Positions 60,566 to 64,000 of a stretch of DNA of 64,000 bases are shown one piece after another. Within the stretch, counting starts at the first letter, position 1; the number at the start of each line of letters is the position of its first letter. The position numbers and the translations under genes were made by a program. Origin of the DNA: Candidatus Latescibacterota bacterium (lineage in GTDB: Bacteria > Latescibacterota > UBA2968 > GCA-2709665); contig OZ250150.1 in the NCBI GenBank assembly GCA_965237675.1, positions 4,192,001 to 4,256,000 on the forward strand. The letters run 5' to 3'. A model generated the notes under the pieces. It saw nothing but the letters and a program-made list of their open reading frames with translations, was not told where the DNA came from and searched no databases.

Positions 60566-61894
60566 ATGAAGTTTCGCTTCCCGACTGGAAGATGGCTCCG
60601 TGCGTTCGTTACTTTGATTCTGATCGCCGAACACCCGGGATGCGGCGCAGAATCACCCGTGGACGAGGCGCCGGATGAAAGGGATGATGTTCCGAGGGAA
60701 CAGGTCACGTCGGAAAAGTCACGGATTACCTCGCTTTCCGCGTCAGACGTGAAGCTGGACGAACTGGTGCGGGGAAACAGCGCTTTCGCGTTCGACCTCT
60801 ATCGGGTTTTGCGCGATAATGAAGGAAACCTTTTCTATTCACCGCACAGCATCTCGTTGGCACTTTCCATGGTGTACGCCGGCGCCAGCGACCGGACGGC
60901 AGGCCAGATAAAGGAAGTACTTCACTTTCTCCTTCCCCCGGATCAATTGCATCCGGCATTCAACGTGCTGGATCTCGCGCTAGCCGAGCGCGGCAAGGGT
61001 AAAAGCAGCCAGGACAGCGTGAAATTCCGGTTGAACATCGCCAATGCCATCTGGGGACAAAGAGGATATGCATTCCTGCCGCAATTTCTGGACGCGCTGG
61101 CCGAGAACTACGGCGCCGAGATGAGGCCGCTGGATTTTGTCAACGAACCGGAAGCGTCACGTAAGGCGATCAATGACTGGGTCGCGAACCGAACCGAAGA
61201 TAAGATCGAAGAACTGATTCCGCAGGGTCTCATCAATACGTTGACGAGGCTGGTCCTGGCCAACGCCATCTATTTCAACGCGGCCTGGCACCTGCCCTTC
61301 GACGAAAGAGAGACCTCCAATGACACCTTTTTTCTGTTGAGCGGGGAACGTGTCGATGTACCGATGATGCGGCAATACGAGGATTTCAATCATACGTGGC
61401 ACAGGGCGTCTAATGCCCAGGCCGTGGAGTTGCTTTACCGGGATCGCGAGGTATCAATGATTGTCTTCCTTCCCGCGAAAGGGGAATTCGAACAATTCGA
61501 AAACTCGTTGACCGCGGATCTCGTCCGCGAGATTCATACATCTATGAGACCCCTTCGCCTGGAGCTTTCAATACCGTCGTTCGAGATCAAATCTGAATTC
61601 AGGCTGGCCGACACCCTGGCCGGGATGGGGATGCCGGACGCATTCGACCCGGAATCAGCGGATTTTTCCGGAATGACCGGGAAGAAAGACCTGTTCTGCT
61701 CCGCCGTTATTCACAAGGCTTTTGTAAAGGTAAATGAACGGGGCACGGAGGCGGCCGCCGCGACGGGTGCAGGGATGCAGCTAACGGCGGTTACGCCCGA
61801 ATTTATGGCCAATCGCCCATTTATCTTCCTCATCCGGGACATCGCTACCAACGCGATCCTGTTTGTCGGACGTGTGACGGATCCTAGGGGATAA
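60566..61894 (+). CDS. Serpin family protein (secreted or lipoprotein)
   Basis: NLFYSPHSISLAL, INDWVANRTEDKI, LANAIYFNAAW, hinge ERGTEAAAATG and FMANRPFIFLIRD...ILFVGRV. Confidence 0.95.
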   Translation: MKFRFPTGRWLRAFVTLILIAEHPGCGAESPVDEAPDERDDVPREQVTSEKSRITSLSASDVKLDELVRGNSAFAFDLYRVLRDNEGNLFYSPHSISLALSMVYAGASDRTAGQIKEVLHFLLPPDQLHPAFNVLDLALAERGKGKSSQDSVKFRLNIANAIWGQRGYAFLPQFLDALAENYGAEMRPLDFVNEPEASRKAINDWVANRTEDKIEELIPQGLINTLTRLVLANAIYFNAAWHLPFDERETSNDTFFLLSGERVDVPMMRQYEDFNHTWHRASNAQAVELLYRDREVSMIVFLPAKGEFEQFENSLTADLVREIHTSMRPLRLELSIPSFEIKSEFRLADTLAGMGMPDAFDPESADFSGMTGKKDLFCSAVIHKAFVKVNERGTEAAAATGAGMQLTAVTPEFMANRPFIFLIRDIATNAILFVGRVTDPRG

Positions 61895-62004
61895 CCCGCC
61901 CACCGACCCGTGAGTCCCTCTTGGCACGATTGGCGGACACCGGCTGGCACGCCCCGGAATTCGCATCCGCCAATCGCTCCGAAACGGGTTATTCCGCCGC
62001 ACAC

Positions 62005-63126
62005 TCAATACAATAGCCCCCGCAGCCGCGTGGGAAGCGATTCCCGCTTTGCGGGATGGCGGGGCGTCAAATCAAGGAGATCGACGCCATATATCTCCTC
62101 AAATGCCGAGTGAATCCCTTTTTCGTGTTCGGTAATATCCGCCAGAGGCAGGGCCACGCACATTCCATCCCTGCCAGCCGATTCCCGGATACCCATCAGC
62201 ACCTCGATATCCCTTCTGGCGTTACGCGCGCCATATTCCAGAGCTTTGCCGCGGACCACGGCATCGTGCAGGCTGCACCAGGCTTCGGCAACGGCAATGC
62301 TATCATCATTGGGAAGCATGTAGTCCCTGAGCGGACTCTCCCAAGCGATCTCCGGCTGTGTTCCCACGCTGGATCGATGCGCCGTTCTCTTCAGCCCCTC
62401 GCCCGGAGTTCCGGTGACGATCTCCAGTTTCTTGTCCCCACGATAAAGATGGAGTTGCGTTCCCCGTATGGCTCCATCCGATCCCAGAATCTCCCAGTAA
62501 TTCTTCCTCTGCACATTGTGTTCGTATGTCCCGCGGAGCTTGTCCGACCACCCGATGATACCCCGTTCTCTCACATCCTGGGAGTCGGGGTACGTACCTG
62601 AAACAACCCGTGGCTCTGATCCCAGAATCGACCTGATTGCGCTTATTCCGTGATAAGAGCCCGAGGTGTAGGAGACGTAGAACTCCCGCACCTCGCCGAT
62701 AAGCCCCTCCTGTACAATCTTCTGTTTCAGCCTCTCACGAGGCCACCTTCGAGCGTTCTCGGAGACTTCCAGAAAGACACCGTTTTCCTCCGCAGCCCGG
62801 ATCATCATGTCCGCGCATGGCAACGTCAGGGCGATCGGAGTCTCCGTGAGGATATGGACCTTTCTTTCGGACAACATGCGTGCGATCGCGTGATGAATCT
62901 CGGGTTGAGCCGCGATGAGGCCGGCATCCAGTTCCTCCGAATCCAGCATCTCCTGCAGATCCGTATACCCGTTCGCACCCACCTGATTGGCCACCGATCG
63001 CGCCCTGTCCTCGTCAATATCGCACACGCTTACCAATCTGTACCTGTCCGAGAGTATCGGCAGCACGGACAGGTGCGCCCCTGACCGCCCACCCAGACCG
63101 ATTACTGCTGCATTCAAGATCGCCAT
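62005..63126 (-). CDS. Gfo/Idh/MocA family oxidoreductase
   Basis: AAVIGLGGRSGAH, VSVCDID and HILTETPIALT (variant of EKP). Confidence 0.88.
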   Translation of the reverse strand: MAILNAAVIGLGGRSGAHLSVLPILSDRYRLVSVCDIDEDRARSVANQVGANGYTDLQEMLDSEELDAGLIAAQPEIHHAIARMLSERKVHILTETPIALTLPCADMMIRAAEENGVFLEVSENARRWPRERLKQKIVQEGLIGEVREFYVSYTSGSYHGISAIRSILGSEPRVVSGTYPDSQDVRERGIIGWSDKLRGTYEHNVQRKNYWEILGSDGAIRGTQLHLYRGDKKLEIVTGTPGEGLKRTAHRSSVGTQPEIAWESPLRDYMLPNDDSIAVAEAWCSLHDAVVRGKALEYGARNARRDIEVLMGIRESAGRDGMCVALPLADITEHEKGIHSAFEEIYGVDLLDLTPRHPAKRESLPTRLRGLLY

Positions 63127-63235
63127 GCACCCTGACCCTCCCATTACATCATGGCCCTGTTGCCGATGTCGGAAATGGACGAACTACCGAACGGATGTGA
63201 GAAACAGGTTCCGCCGGAAACGCATCCGCGTAAGA

Positions 63236-63263
63236 GAAAAAGGCACTCCCAGAGCGCCTTTTG
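63236..63263 (-). terminator. Possible terminator after the ankyrin gene
   Basis: AAAAAGGC...GCCTTTT inverted repeat. Confidence 0.45.
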
Positions 63264-63293
63264 AAGTGTCCCCAACGTTAGCTTGGTGTTGGG

Positions 63294-63941
63294 TCAACGA
63301 TCACTGGCAGCCGCCTCGCTTAGAATCTTCAAAACCTCGGTCTTGTTCCGGTACGTGGCCAGCCAGACCGCGGACTTCCCGTTTTCGGTCCTGGCGTTGA
63401 CATCGGCGCCCGCATCGAGCAAACGCCCCACCACCTTCTCGTACCCCCCATATGCCGCATAGATCATCGGCGTCCAGCCTGAACGCGCGGAAGCATTGAC
63501 GTCCGCCCCCGCAGCCAGTAGGACGTGAACCACGCCCGTAAACCCTGCGTCGGCTGCGAACATGAGGGGGGTCCGATGGTTGAGATCTCTCGCATCCACA
63601 ACGGCACCCGCCGCCAACAGGATCTCCGTGATCGTCGAATCCTTCTTGATCGCCGCCTCCATCAACGCCGTTCGGCTGTAGAGGTCTTCGTTTACATCCG
63701 CACCGGCATCGAGCAGAAGCCGTAGAACTTCGGGAACACCCTTTTTTGCGGCCTCGATCAACGGGGTCGTGCCCGCCTTGCCCTCTTCGTTCGCGTCGGC
63801 GCCCTCATCCAGAAGTGTCTTCACCCCCTCTTCATCTCCCTTTTTTACCATGGCGATCAGATCGGTGTCCTGGGCGGACTTGCATGCCGCAAATACGAGA
63901 AGCGGTATCAGGACCAGAACGTTCAAAATACGAAGCATCAT
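63294..63941 (-). CDS. Ankyrin-repeat lipoprotein
   Basis: Lipobox-like LLVFAAC followed by about five repeats of the pattern TPL..AA..G...V..LL.AGADVN. Confidence 0.93.
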   Translation of the reverse strand: MMLRILNVLVLIPLLVFAACKSAQDTDLIAMVKKGDEEGVKTLLDEGADANEEGKAGTTPLIEAAKKGVPEVLRLLLDAGADVNEDLYSRTALMEAAIKKDSTITEILLAAGAVVDARDLNHRTPLMFAADAGFTGVVHVLLAAGADVNASARSGWTPMIYAAYGGYEKVVGRLLDAGADVNARTENGKSAVWLATYRNKTEVLKILSEAAASDR

Positions 63942-64000
63942 ACGAACACCATATATCGAACCGCGGACGACGTAACAAATCCGCCTTGTAGAAAACCACT

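Overview
GC-rich bacterial chromosomal window. The PorX/PorY-like two-component pair, long IspG, ankyrin lipoprotein and serpin suggest an FCB-group organism, possibly host-associated; this is an inference. Bases 1-45.9 kb are mostly housekeeping and envelope genes: a truncated DUF4041/T5orf172 gene, VOC proteins, AlkD-like and OGG-like repair enzymes, a NupC transporter, a small polysaccharide cluster (gmd, CysE-like acyltransferase, GT4, flippase, GT2), an ABC transporter + DUF1854 pair, a Rieske fusion, an RND permease, queC, a frameshifted LivJ/K-like binding protein, KamA, UPF0182, murQ, a ClpX-like ATPase, rqcH, tsaE, porXY-like genes, rpsU, cvpA, mutS2, ispG and dnaG. Directly after tRNA-Ile2(CAU) at 45950-46026 is a ~14-kb minus-strand defence island. 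In transcription order it holds: type III Res, a Schlafen/AlbA_2-HATPase protein with an extra C-terminal beta domain, a HicB fragment, type III Mod, an anchorless GT51 transglycosylase, a Pol-beta-like nucleotidyltransferase interrupted by an amber codon, GmrSD, a RelE-like/UvrD helicase, and a Cas4-like PD-(D/E)XK nuclease. The best candidates for undescribed systems are the GT51+NTase cassette coupled to mod, the Schlafen protein nested between res and mod, and the RelE-UvrD + Cas4-like pair. All family assignments come from motif recognition by eye; no database searches were run.
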